Shown here piece after piece: positions 39,167-48,508 of a DNA stretch of 64,000 nucleotides (position 1 is its first letter; every line of letters starts with the position of its first letter). The stretch is from Anaerolineae bacterium (lineage in GTDB: Bacteria; Chloroflexota; Anaerolineae; UBA1429). Where the stretch lies: the NCBI GenBank assembly GCA_963675785.1, contig OY776562.1, positions 1,952,001 to 2,016,000 on the forward strand, in the 5' to 3' direction. The notes below the pieces were generated by a model. That model was given only the letters and a program-made list of their open reading frames with translations. It made no database searches and was not told the DNA's origin. Both the position numbers and the translations under genes were made by a program.

Positions 39167-39739
39167 CTAGCGCACCAACTCGAAATTGGTGAACACCCAG
39201 GCCCCATCGACATTCTCATAAGCAAAGTCATGCGTTTCTGATCCCGTAACGGCAAACGTACTGGAATCGAGCACCTCTACGGTCACATGGCAGATGATCT
39301 TGGCATCACTTTCGTGAATGATTTCCAGCGTTTCCTCGCCTTTGGTGATGTCAGCACCTCTATCGGCTTCAAGAGCATACAGTGCACCATCAATATCGAC
39401 GTAATGCTGCGGACCGTTGGTATTATCCGCGAGTAACATCTGCACGACATCCTCGCCGAATAAACCCCTCAAGTAGGCTTCGAGATCCGCAAATGTCGTA
39501 ATGCCCTCGTAATCCACTTTGTTATACGTCATGCCGTTATACTCGGCTGTTTCCATGCTGCAGGGCATCGTGGTCATGTCGAACCAGCCGTAGGTCTCTA
39601 CGGCATTGTTATAAGCCTCTTCAACCTGTTCATCACTGGGCACGTCTGCTCCCTGATCCGAACAAGCCCCCAAAAGTACGCTTGCCGCCATCAGGACGGC
39701 CACACCGAACCAAGCACGGAATCGATTGTTACGCTTCAT
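39167..39739 (-). CDS. Lipoprotein, possibly IseA (DL-endopeptidase inhibitor) family
   Basis: Lipobox LGAC; T..DL..YL..LF...Y...DG.LY....DRG pattern. Confidence 0.55.
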   Translation of the reverse strand: MKRNNRFRAWFGVAVLMAASVLLGACSDQGADVPSDEQVEEAYNNAVETYGWFDMTTMPCSMETAEYNGMTYNKVDYEGITTFADLEAYLRGLFGEDVVQMLLADNTNGPQHYVDIDGALYALEADRGADITKGEETLEIIHESDAKIICHVTVEVLDSSTFAVTGSETHDFAYENVDGAWVFTNFELVR

Positions 39740-39857
39740 TTTGCGCCTCGTTACGCGCTCATCTCAAACGATGAGTAGCTATTGAAAAATGGAAATACAC
39801 AGCATGATATAGACGAAACAGAAAAGGAATTGTTCCACTTTGGCTTACAGGCAGAGT

Positions 39858-40274
39858 TTATTCTTCTTTTTGATAGCGCATAGCGATGCTCCGCGGGGTA
39901 AAACCCAAGCTCTGCCAGAATTGCGAGCCGGCCTCATTCCACGCATACACCTCGATGTCGATCGTTTCATCACCCAGTGCGTCCATCAGTTCGCCAAAGA
40001 AGGCTTTCCCATAGTCCCTTCTCCTGTGCTCACGGCAGATAAAGAACTGCCGCAAGTACTTGGGCGTCTCGGTAACCCGAACCAAAGCATAGCCAACGAT
40101 CTCTTGCTCAATCACATAAAAATAGGCGCGGTAATCCCCTACTAGAAAATCCCGCATCCTCTGTTCGAGCTGTGCCCAATTCATGGGATTGTCGCTGGCT
40201 TCATCCTCGATGAGCTGCCTGTTCAGTGTGGCCAGCAGCGCACAATCACCCAGTGTGCATTGAATTACTGGCAT
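39858..40274 (-). CDS. GNAT acetyltransferase
   Basis: LRQFFICREHRRRDYGK, WN..G..FW.SLGF. Confidence 0.85.
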   Translation of the reverse strand: MPVIQCTLGDCALLATLNRQLIEDEASDNPMNWAQLEQRMRDFLVGDYRAYFYVIEQEIVGYALVRVTETPKYLRQFFICREHRRRDYGKAFFGELMDALGDETIDIEVYAWNEAGSQFWQSLGFTPRSIAMRYQKEE

Positions 40275-40446
40275 TCGTTTGCGTCCTGTTGAGCTTTTTT
40301 ATATCCAGCACATCATCCGTGTAAACAAGCAGTTCGTTGTACAAGGAAAGGTTATAGCTGTTGGGGTTAATCCGCGCTTCATCAAAAGGCTCAATGATGA
40401 TCTCGCTGTTCATGTGCCTCTTGGTCTCTCTACCAGAAAGTATCAT
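40275..40446 (-). pseudogene. dcd: Truncated dCTP deaminase (5' part only)
   Basis: MILSGRETKRHMNSEIIIEPFDEARINPNSYNL...RTQT matches the N-terminus of 44111-44632, then breaks at the GNAT start. Confidence 0.9.
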
Positions 40447-40737
40447 GCGCCGTATCCTACCTTGTCGATCAATCTCTCGAATCGCTAGGTACAATCTCCT
40501 AACCTATGATCTTTTTGCCGCCACGAATCTGAAAGCGGGTAATACACGCCATCCTTGGCCTGGCTGCCCATATCCCACGTGCCATCTTCACACTGATTGT
40601 CTCTGAGCCAATCCCCCACAAAGGCCAACTTGCCCCTGCACCATTCGCAATCTACCAAGAGCTCGATTGCCCCCAGATAACAGCTGGCGGATTTGCAGCG
40701 CGATGATCTCCTGCGACCATTTCGAGTCTTTGAACAT
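40443..40737 (-). pseudogene. Internally deleted copy of hypothetical gene 44629-45480
   Basis: MFKDSKWSQEIIALQ start and the 3' ~240 bp align; the middle ~550 bp is missing. Confidence 0.88.
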
Positions 40738-40792
40738 ACGCTCTCCTCCAGAAACTGGCACAGTCACACTCAAGTTCGCTAACTCACTATGA

Positions 40793-40843
40793 ACATAGTC
40801 ATATTATAGAAAAATAAGAGCCGAGCGTTAAACCCGACTCTTG
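40793..40843 (-). repeat. 51-bp terminator + promoter module, copy B
   Basis: 45/51 identical to 39087-39137. Confidence 0.85.
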
Positions 40844-41131
40844 AAATACGCTTGAGGAACGTTGCCTAGTGGCCCCAACCGAGAGCTAAATGAGTAATCC
40901 ACTATCACTACAAAGCAAAACCTGCCCGCTGACTCGTTGTGCAATTCTCGAAAGCAAAAAGATTATAAAAATATAGCAAAATGGAAATATATGCTTTCTT
41001 ATATAAAAAATACTTGACGCATCAAAGAGCTCGATCTAGTGTGTTTATGTAAATTGACGGATCCTTTACGCATTGATTGTTGAGGAAAAGCAGCAGCCCA
41101 AACCAGAAGGTATCCATCTTTGAGGAGTTCT

Positions 41132-42010
41132 ATGAATACGAGTAGTTATTTTGCCTTGCCGAAAAAGAACTATGCAGGCCAGTATAGGCTCGGTGATGCA
41201 AATATCCCCTGCTACAGCAAAAAGCAGATGAATAGTCTTTATCCTCACCAAGATTATCTCGTCTTAGGCGAGATAGCCCCGAAGAGCGGGGAAAAAGCCG
41301 TCGGCACCCTAAAGAGCGATGATGGCGAATACGAGATATACCCCTACTTGTCGCATAATCGCCGCACGCATGCCGAAAAGGGCTTTGTGGCAGTAGATGG
41401 CGGCGAGGATCAATATGTGGCGCTGCTCAAAAATAATAGTGCGTCACGCTACTTGATCATGTTTCTGTCCTTTATAGTAATTGTCGGCCTTTCATTAGCG
41501 TTGCCTAGCCTCAACACGCCTTCGAATACAGAGTCCCCGACCACAGCACCAACGGCCGTCAAACAGCCAACCTCTGAGCCCATCATGACCGATCAACCAA
41601 CTGCTGAAGCTATTGTTGCACCCACGCCAACCCGAGCACTCGAGTTGGAAGAAGGCGCCGTAGCCTGGGAGGGCGTCCATACCGAGGATACGGGTGGTGT
41701 GACGCAAGGCATCGCCATTCCGGGGTACAAGAGCATCACCATTGATGCCAACACGACGGATGTCTCTGTGAACCTGCAAAACCCCGAAGGAAACCCCTGC
41801 TACTTTATCATCAGCTTGCTTTTGGACGATGGCACGAAACTGTACGAATCCAAGATGGTCTCACCAGGGATGGGGCTTTACGAAATCACCCTTACCCAAC
41901 CTCTGACCCCTGGCGAATACCCGGCAACCATCAAATACGAGACGTACAGCCTGGAAGGACTCAACCCGCTGAACGGCGCGGAAGTCAAAATTACCTTGAT
42001 CGCACAATAG
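41132..42010 (+). CDS. Single-TM protein with Pro/Thr linker and C-terminal Ig-like domain
   Basis: TM at YLIMFLSFIVIVGLSL; IAIPGY...NPEGNPCYF...LYESKMVSPG...GEYPA; GAGGAG RBS. Confidence 0.65.
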   Translation: MNTSSYFALPKKNYAGQYRLGDANIPCYSKKQMNSLYPHQDYLVLGEIAPKSGEKAVGTLKSDDGEYEIYPYLSHNRRTHAEKGFVAVDGGEDQYVALLKNNSASRYLIMFLSFIVIVGLSLALPSLNTPSNTESPTTAPTAVKQPTSEPIMTDQPTAEAIVAPTPTRALELEEGAVAWEGVHTEDTGGVTQGIAIPGYKSITIDANTTDVSVNLQNPEGNPCYFIISLLLDDGTKLYESKMVSPGMGLYEITLTQPLTPGEYPATIKYETYSLEGLNPLNGAEVKITLIAQ

Positions 42011-42135
42011 GGCTGGAAATGCCAGAGGAGTGCGTATGGTCGAGTTTGGTCAAGTGACTGGATCACAGCGATGAGGGAAAGGGGACCCGCTAGGCGAGTT
42101 CCTCAACAAACAAGCACGAACTTTAGGAGGAAGAC

Positions 42136-43221
42136 ATGAAAAAGTTGTTTACCGTGGTGTTGGCCTTGAGTCTGATGTTGGTTTGTGTGCCCATGATGGT
42201 CTCAGCAGATACATCCGTTTATGGAACCCTCAGCGGTAATATCGGTAATACAGGTGGAACTCTTACCTTTACCCCCACTGATACGGCGATCGCGCCGTAT
42301 GTTTTGACGTTCTCAATCACGTCCGCAGAAGAAGCTGACCAAATAACTTCATTTACGGCAGATATAACCAACGAAGTTAGTGGTGCTATTAACGGTACCG
42401 TTTCAGGCAAGATGAACATCAACGGTTGCGATTCTGTGTACGCCGCTTTCACTGACCTTACAATTGGTGGCCAACCCGTCTATCTCACCGGCAACTTTGC
42501 CGGGGCGAGTTCCGGAGATTTTGTAGGTAAGATCATGGTTGGCGATGCGCCAGCAGCAGTTGAGAGCATTGCTATCGGAACAGCAACGGGCGTGGCTGAA
42601 GCTCAGGTGGGTGGCACGTTGCAGATGACAGCTGTGCTTACCCCCGAAAGCACAGCCGAAGTGACCTGGGCCGTCTGGTCGAACGATAGAGACGTCTATG
42701 CCACCATTGACAGGGTTACCGGCGTACTAAGCATAGTAGCTATGCCCGCTGATGGAAATGTGCTCGTTATCGCCAATACCCTTGATCCCAATGTAACCAC
42801 CCAAAACTATACCGTTAACGTTACGCCCAGCACTGGCACTGAAGTAACAGCCTCGGTCGAGCCCACCTACACCATCGTCATCCCCAGCGCTGTCGATTTT
42901 GGCACCCTGCAGAAAATCGATGCCATAAAAGAAGCGACCTTTACGGTAGAGGCAACAGATGTATTCATCGAAGACGGTGCTAGCATCAACGTTGCGGTCA
43001 CCAGCGACTTTGTTTTAGCATCTGGGAGTGAGCAACTGCCCTACAAACTGTACAATGGCAACAATGATGAATTCAGCGGAACCGCAACCGGTTTAGCATA
43101 TACCTCATTCACCTCAACCGGTACGGATGATGGCAAAGTAACAGTCAATCAGAATGATATCACCGCTGCCGGCGATTATGCTGGCACCATGACCTTTGCA
43201 ATCTCTTACGTCCTGCCCTGA
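42136..43221 (+). CDS. Secreted surface protein (Big_2-like Ig domain + WxL/Csu-like C-terminal domain)
   Basis: Signal peptide; VGGTLQMTAVLTPE..VTW; PTYTIVIPSAVDFG...AGDYAGTMTFAIS. Confidence 0.65.
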   Translation: MKKLFTVVLALSLMLVCVPMMVSADTSVYGTLSGNIGNTGGTLTFTPTDTAIAPYVLTFSITSAEEADQITSFTADITNEVSGAINGTVSGKMNINGCDSVYAAFTDLTIGGQPVYLTGNFAGASSGDFVGKIMVGDAPAAVESIAIGTATGVAEAQVGGTLQMTAVLTPESTAEVTWAVWSNDRDVYATIDRVTGVLSIVAMPADGNVLVIANTLDPNVTTQNYTVNVTPSTGTEVTASVEPTYTIVIPSAVDFGTLQKIDAIKEATFTVEATDVFIEDGASINVAVTSDFVLASGSEQLPYKLYNGNNDEFSGTATGLAYTSFTSTGTDDGKVTVNQNDITAAGDYAGTMTFAISYVLP

Positions 43222-43296
43222 TCGATTCGGGTGAATCTAAAACCACCGAGTGCCCTGGCGGCAGTGCCGTCAGGGCCAAGGAAAGAGGACTATACG

Positions 43297-43926
43297 GTGC
43301 CAAAGCGAGCCTCTTACATACTCATTGTGCTGCTGTTACTGGCAGCGCTGTGCCCGCCTTTCATCGTCGCAGATAGCGGGCAAATAACAGAGGTCACTGC
43401 CAGAATACCGTGTTTCTATTGCTTTACGCTGCCGTCCTCTGCCACAATCCCCTTTATGGACTGCGTCTGTTCAATAGGCTATTTTGAAATAGACGATCTG
43501 CTTTTACAGGATAACGAGACGCTCCAGATCGAGGTAGAAACCGGACCGCTTCAGCAGGTTGGTGTTCCAACCAACGTGTTGCCTTATACCATCGATTTCC
43601 CGCATCCCGAGTACATCGATCAATCCAACATCGGAGACAGGTACGAGATCGATGTCCTGATCGAAGAATCGGATTTTCGTGCGGCTCATAGCGGCATCTA
43701 TCGTGGAACACTGACCTTTAGCGTAAGAACTAGCACCACGAACGAGGCTTTGATAGTTAGTACAACCGACATTGAGGTGAATGCCGAATTTGATGCCCCG
43801 CTCTTGCCCACCGTTGAGCCTACAATCCAACCAACTGTGCAGCCGACAGTGCAACCCACAATTGAACCACCCACCACAACGACGATTTTGTGCCCCTTGT
43901 CTGCAAGAGCAACAGCCCCCGGATAA
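43297..43926 (+). CDS. Secreted WxL/Csu-like domain protein with a PTxQ repeat tail
   Basis: Signal peptide; TEVTA...LPY....SGIYRGTLTFSV; PTVEPTIQPTVQPTVQPTIEP. Confidence 0.55.
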   Translation: MPKRASYILIVLLLLAALCPPFIVADSGQITEVTARIPCFYCFTLPSSATIPFMDCVCSIGYFEIDDLLLQDNETLQIEVETGPLQQVGVPTNVLPYTIDFPHPEYIDQSNIGDRYEIDVLIEESDFRAAHSGIYRGTLTFSVRTSTTNEALIVSTTDIEVNAEFDAPLLPTVEPTIQPTVQPTVQPTIEPPTTTTILCPLSARATAPG

Positions 43927-44001
43927 AAGACGTTGTTGTGCCCATGATGTATGCCAAATATCCACTTGCGTTGTTGAATCACTGATCTGGGGACATGAAC
44001 A

Positions 44002-44036
44002 AAGAGCTCTCTGCGCCGAAAAGGCAGAGAGCTCTT
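44002..44036. terminator. Terminator between convergent units
   Basis: AAGAGCTCTCTGC...GCAGAGAGCTCTT. Confidence 0.75.
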
Positions 44037-44110
44037 GTCTATGGTGGAAGCAAAACATCAAGTTTTTAGGTCAAGCATACCTATCGGCTAACCAACCGCG
44101 CACAATCTGG

Positions 44111-44632
44111 CTATTTCTCAAAATCTCGGTACATCAAGCTCGCCTGTATGCCCGTGTTGTTCTGATATTTATTGCTATGATAGAGGTCATAGTCCCCCTC
44201 AATCGTATGGTAATAGATCTGGCAAACCTCGACATTGGGATAGATGATCAACGGCTGAATGCAAAACATCTCTAGCGTCCAATAGCCGGCAAAACCCACA
44301 TCGCCAAAGCCAGCCGTCACATGGATGAACAGTCCCAAGCGCCCCGTCGAAGAACGCCCCTCCAACATGGGCACAAAAGTCTCAGTTCGGGTGTATTCGT
44401 TTGTCCGGCCCAGATACAGCTTGCCCGGTTCAAGCAAAAAACCCTCTTCAGGAATGGTTATCGTTTGCGTCCTGTTGGGCTTTTTCATATCCAGCACGTC
44501 ATCCTCATACACAAGCAGTTCATTGTGCAACGAGAGGTTATAGCTGTTGGGATTGATCCGCGCTTCGTCAAAAGGCTCGATGATGATCTCGCTGCCCATG
44601 TGCCTCTTGATCTCTCTACCCGATAGTATCAT
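44111..44632 (-). CDS. dcd: dCTP deaminase
   Basis: NPNSYNL, LEGRSSTGRLGL, TAGFGDVGFAGYWTLE; ATGA overlap with the upstream gene. Confidence 0.92.
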   Translation of the reverse strand: MILSGREIKRHMGSEIIIEPFDEARINPNSYNLSLHNELLVYEDDVLDMKKPNRTQTITIPEEGFLLEPGKLYLGRTNEYTRTETFVPMLEGRSSTGRLGLFIHVTAGFGDVGFAGYWTLEMFCIQPLIIYPNVEVCQIYYHTIEGDYDLYHSNKYQNNTGIQASLMYRDFEK

Positions 44633-45480
44633 GTGCCGCATCCTATCTTGCTCATCAATCGCCCGATTCGCCAGGTACAATCCCCCACGCGATCAGCCTT
44701 TCGCCGCCACGAATCTGAAAGCGGGTAATACACGCCATCCTTGGCCTGGCTGCCCATATCCCAAAGGCCATCCTCGCTACGATTTTGCTCAAGCCAGTCC
44801 GTCACAAAAGCCAGCTTACCCCTACAGCGTTCATAATCCGCCAAGAGCTCGACCGCCGCCAGATAGCGAATGGCAGCCTTGCTCATGAACTGATCGGGCA
44901 ACACGCATAGCGGGGCGTCATAAATGTAATAGATGCCCGTCTCGTGCCTCAAAACATGCTCTAGGAAGAGGGCTTCTTCTCGTGAAGCCAAACAGCCCAC
45001 CAGTAGCGAGACTGGGTAAAAGGAAACGAAATCGACGAGTCGCCCACCTCGCGCTTGCTTCTGAAAGCAGGCTTGATAGGAGCGCAGGTAATCTTTATCA
45101 TCATAGCAACCCGAATGAAACGCACCCGAGATGACCTCGGCCCACATCCGCGCCGCCGCATTGGCATTAGCATCGTCTGGTGTAAAACGCCGAATCCAGG
45201 TAGCCAGCATGAGACGCGTAAAGATATCCCAATCGTGCATCTTTTCGCGGCGGTCGGGCAGCGTCTTTTCCCCTATAAGGCAAGCGTGCATGTAATCGAC
45301 AGCCCTCCGAATGGGGGTATCCTCGATTGTGTAGCCCAGTACCGACAACCTCCGCAAGGCCTGCTCCGTCGTTATGGGCCGTTCTTTGGTGGGTTGGCTG
45401 AGTGTGTGAAAATACCCCCATGATCCCTCGGGGGTTTGCAGTGCCACGATCTCTTGCGCCCATTTCGAGCCCTTGAACAT
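44629..45480 (-). CDS. Hypothetical protein, alpha/alpha-toroid (prenyltransferase-like QW repeats)
   Basis: LQTPEGSWG, TTEQAL..L..LG, QNRSEDGLWD. Confidence 0.55.
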   Translation of the reverse strand: MFKGSKWAQEIVALQTPEGSWGYFHTLSQPTKERPITTEQALRRLSVLGYTIEDTPIRRAVDYMHACLIGEKTLPDRREKMHDWDIFTRLMLATWIRRFTPDDANANAAARMWAEVISGAFHSGCYDDKDYLRSYQACFQKQARGGRLVDFVSFYPVSLLVGCLASREEALFLEHVLRHETGIYYIYDAPLCVLPDQFMSKAAIRYLAAVELLADYERCRGKLAFVTDWLEQNRSEDGLWDMGSQAKDGVYYPLSDSWRRKADRVGDCTWRIGRLMSKIGCGT

Positions 45481-45534
45481 ACGCGTCTCCTCCAGAACCT
45501 CAGCCAGTCGACATAGTCACACAAGTCCGTTGAC

Positions 45535-46350
45535 TCACCGAGAACCAAGAACCCGCGTCTCTTCTACAAGATCATTTAGCATCTGCACCGAGTTTCCAAT
45601 GCCCTCAGCACAACCGCCAAGATGTACAACTTCCAAGAGTCGCATCGAACAATCCTCTGGCGCCGTGGCAAAACCAGATAGATATTGCATGTTTCGCTTG
45701 CGGCTGGGGAAATAGACCTTGTTTGCCGCAAATAAAGCCTGCAAAAGGTGATCGAGGGCATTTTCAAGTACTTGATGATAGAAGAGCGGATCTTTTCGTT
45801 CTACCGCACGAGACAGCCCTTCTCTATCGAGCACGCGGCCAAGGTGATATTCGTACATTTTGGTGGATAGATCGTCTGGGTACTTTGCCAATCTATCCTT
45901 CAAAGCGTCAAGAAAACCCGTCCTGTCATACAAGATTCCGATACTGGCAAAGGTAGCACAGCGTCCGATCGGGTAGAAATCCCCTTCCCTATCAAGGGCA
46001 TTCCCGGCAAGCACATTGCTGATGTACGCTTCCGTCTCTACAGCCGCAAAATACATTGGCATCGTATCGACACCACAAACATCGAAAACATCTCCCGTAC
46101 CCCAAATGCCCCCTTGGCAAACTTGCATCGCGCAACTGTTGGCAGTGCCGTCCTGCAAAAGGGGCGCGTACTTGTCTTCTCTAGCGCTATATAAAGGGAT
46201 AGAGTCGCAAATGACAAAGAGGTCGATATCGCCTTTACCCGCTTCAGGTATCTCCTCAGAATTCCCCGTTCTGCCGATGGCAATGACCTCCTCAAAACAG
46301 GCCAAGGTGTCAATCAAGCGATCAAGTTTGGCACGTATCGCCATTTCCAT
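45535..46350 (-). CDS. Nucleotidyltransferase-fold protein (DUF4037-like)
   Basis: AIGRTG...GDIDLFV; ILYDRTG; LFAANKVYFPSRK. Confidence 0.65.
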   Translation of the reverse strand: MEMAIRAKLDRLIDTLACFEEVIAIGRTGNSEEIPEAGKGDIDLFVICDSIPLYSAREDKYAPLLQDGTANSCAMQVCQGGIWGTGDVFDVCGVDTMPMYFAAVETEAYISNVLAGNALDREGDFYPIGRCATFASIGILYDRTGFLDALKDRLAKYPDDLSTKMYEYHLGRVLDREGLSRAVERKDPLFYHQVLENALDHLLQALFAANKVYFPSRKRNMQYLSGFATAPEDCSMRLLEVVHLGGCAEGIGNSVQMLNDLVEETRVLGSR

Positions 46351-46436
46351 GATTCTCCTCAGGTTCAAACCATCTTACGTATTTGCGACAAATTGGAGTT
46401 TGCACTGACGCGTCATGCCCTTTTCATCTGCTGAAC

Positions 46437-47399
46437 TTACCCCTGTTCCAAGCGATCAAAGATCCTCAGGCACAGATAGGTCAAATAAGGAGAAGGCTCT
46501 TTCTTTTGGCCGAAATCCCATGCCTTTAGCTTTCGGTACACCGATTCCGGCGTAAAAAAGCCATCCGCATCCTGTTTGTCCTTTATCAGGGTGACCATTT
46601 CCATAAAACGCGGATCATGGTGCACACATGGATACTTGCTCAGTACGCCAGTCACACTGACGATATCGTACCAATGGGACGGCGCCTTGAGCTTGCGAAA
46701 ATCCGTCCCCATGTAAAAAATGTACGGATGCTGTTCACGGCTATTTTCCCATAGGGATAGCAGGGCTTCCACCGCCGTAACTGCCGCAGGCGAGTCGCGG
46801 TATTCCAGTATATAAGATAGCAAATCGGCCATGATCAACGTCGCGTAAGGGCAGCAATCGTCTTTTCTCCCTGGCCCCCGGAACTTGCCCAACTCCGGGG
46901 AAGCAGCGCAGGGGAAACCGTTGTCTCGGCTCAATGAAACAAGGTAATCGACGCCAGGCTTGATGTACTCTGAGTAATCCACGCCCGCCTTTAAAAGCGC
47001 AAGCAATAACAGGGGCGCATCGCATAGGCACCAACTGAACGTATCCTCGCCCGTCCCTCCAAAATGCTTGGGGACATTGGTCATTGACTGATAAACGCCA
47101 TAGTCGTCTCGATGCTCGATAATCTCATCAATGGCTTTTTTGATCTCCGGGATATCTATGTCGAATCCGATATCCAGTAAGAACAACAGCTTGTGTATCG
47201 CCAGGTCAGGATTTTTGTGGTTTGTTACCGGCATGCCATAAAAATCTGCAACATCTGATATATAGTTCTGAATTCTTTCGTCCGCCAGCGCTGCTTCCCA
47301 GAGTTCAATGATCTCATCCTTGGGCTTGTGGCACAGATGAACATAGATCGCGTATTTCAGCCAATCTTCGCTGCGATCCAACAGGCTTTGATACGTCAT
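46437..47399 (-). CDS. Hypothetical protein, prenyltransferase/squalene-cyclase-like fold
   Basis: RDNGFPC, CCPYATL, KQDADGFF, WDFGQKKEPSPYLT. Confidence 0.55.
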   Translation of the reverse strand: MTYQSLLDRSEDWLKYAIYVHLCHKPKDEIIELWEAALADERIQNYISDVADFYGMPVTNHKNPDLAIHKLLFLLDIGFDIDIPEIKKAIDEIIEHRDDYGVYQSMTNVPKHFGGTGEDTFSWCLCDAPLLLLALLKAGVDYSEYIKPGVDYLVSLSRDNGFPCAASPELGKFRGPGRKDDCCPYATLIMADLLSYILEYRDSPAAVTAVEALLSLWENSREQHPYIFYMGTDFRKLKAPSHWYDIVSVTGVLSKYPCVHHDPRFMEMVTLIKDKQDADGFFTPESVYRKLKAWDFGQKKEPSPYLTYLCLRIFDRLEQG

Positions 47400-47585
47400 T
47401 TGCCCCTCCCCTTTTGAATGAGATGGCACGCTAGAGTTACGAATTCATGCAGCGCTCAACTCTGTTTGCCCATTCCATCCAATAGCTGCCTTTATCATAA
47501 CATGCCCTGTCATACTAAAAAAGCAGCTAGCCAAGCTAACTGCTCTACCCCTTTTACCAAAAAACACAAGCAAATCAAAGACCAT

Positions 47586-48359
47586 TTACTTGTCATAGTG
47601 CCTACTCATCTCTGAAAAGAAATCCCCACAGATAACGTTTGCCTTCTCTGAGAGTAGAGGAACATCGCAAACTTGACCCATCTCAATCCCATCAATCCCC
47701 TTGAACAATCTGTCACCATCACGATTGATAATTGTGCTTCGTCCCAAGAACACTGCTTCAATAGTAGAATTCTGCTGTTTGCCGATTCGATTACAAAGAA
47801 TCAGAGGAGTTAGATTTTCTATCGCCCTGATCCGGGAGATATCATAGGTCGTTTCCCCACCAAAGTTAGCAAGCACGCAAAGTAAATCAGCGCCTTGCCT
47901 AACTTGTTCTCGTGATATTTCAGGGAACCACAAATCAAAGCATATTTGAACGCCGATTTTGATGCCATTCGCCTCAAACACCGTATTGGCATCGCCACTA
48001 TCAAATAGTTTTTTCTCAAAATCAGATAGATGGATTTTTCTATACACGCCACGAATAATTCCGTTTTCAATAATAACGGATGAATTATAGATTTTTCCCC
48101 CATCACGTTCTGCAACGCCAGAAACAATCGTACATCCCTTTTGCGCGGATAAGAGCTTTAGGTTATCTACAAACGCGTTTTCATTGATTGGCTTGGAGAG
48201 ATTGTTGAGTTCATTTCTATCCTCAAACAGATAACCGCAATCGCACAGTTCTGGCAGAACAACTATCTCACAATCCATACTTGTGATATGCTTTTGCACA
48301 ATATCAAAATTTTCTCTTCCATCTCTCGTAACGTCATATTGGACAAAGCCTATTTTCAT
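47586..48359 (-). CDS. Carbon-nitrogen hydrolase (nitrilase family)
   Basis: VLPEL, YRKIHL, QICFDLWFPE catalytic E-K-C. Confidence 0.92.
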   Translation of the reverse strand: MKIGFVQYDVTRDGRENFDIVQKHITSMDCEIVVLPELCDCGYLFEDRNELNNLSKPINENAFVDNLKLLSAQKGCTIVSGVAERDGGKIYNSSVIIENGIIRGVYRKIHLSDFEKKLFDSGDANTVFEANGIKIGVQICFDLWFPEISREQVRQGADLLCVLANFGGETTYDISRIRAIENLTPLILCNRIGKQQNSTIEAVFLGRSTIINRDGDRLFKGIDGIEMGQVCDVPLLSEKANVICGDFFSEMSRHYDK

Positions 48360-48437
48360 GATTGCCCCTACATTCTGCCCCCAATAAGAGCGCCTGGCAC
48401 TAAAATCGCACATCCAAGCGCCCGGGTCAAATAAAAG

Positions 48438-48468
48438 ACCTCGCATGAATCATGAATTCATGCGAGGT
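48438..48468. terminator. Hairpin/terminator after the MerR gene
   Basis: ACCTCGCATGAAT-CATGA-ATTCATGCGAGGT. Confidence 0.65.
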
Positions 48469-48508
48469 TCTAGCATAGCAGGTACAACGACCTGACAAAA
48501 GAATCTTG

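Noticed and set aside
40275-44866. Diversity-generating retroelement TR/VR pair
   Set aside because: Mismatches are not adenine-specific and no reverse transcriptase is present. The same applies to the pstS repeat.
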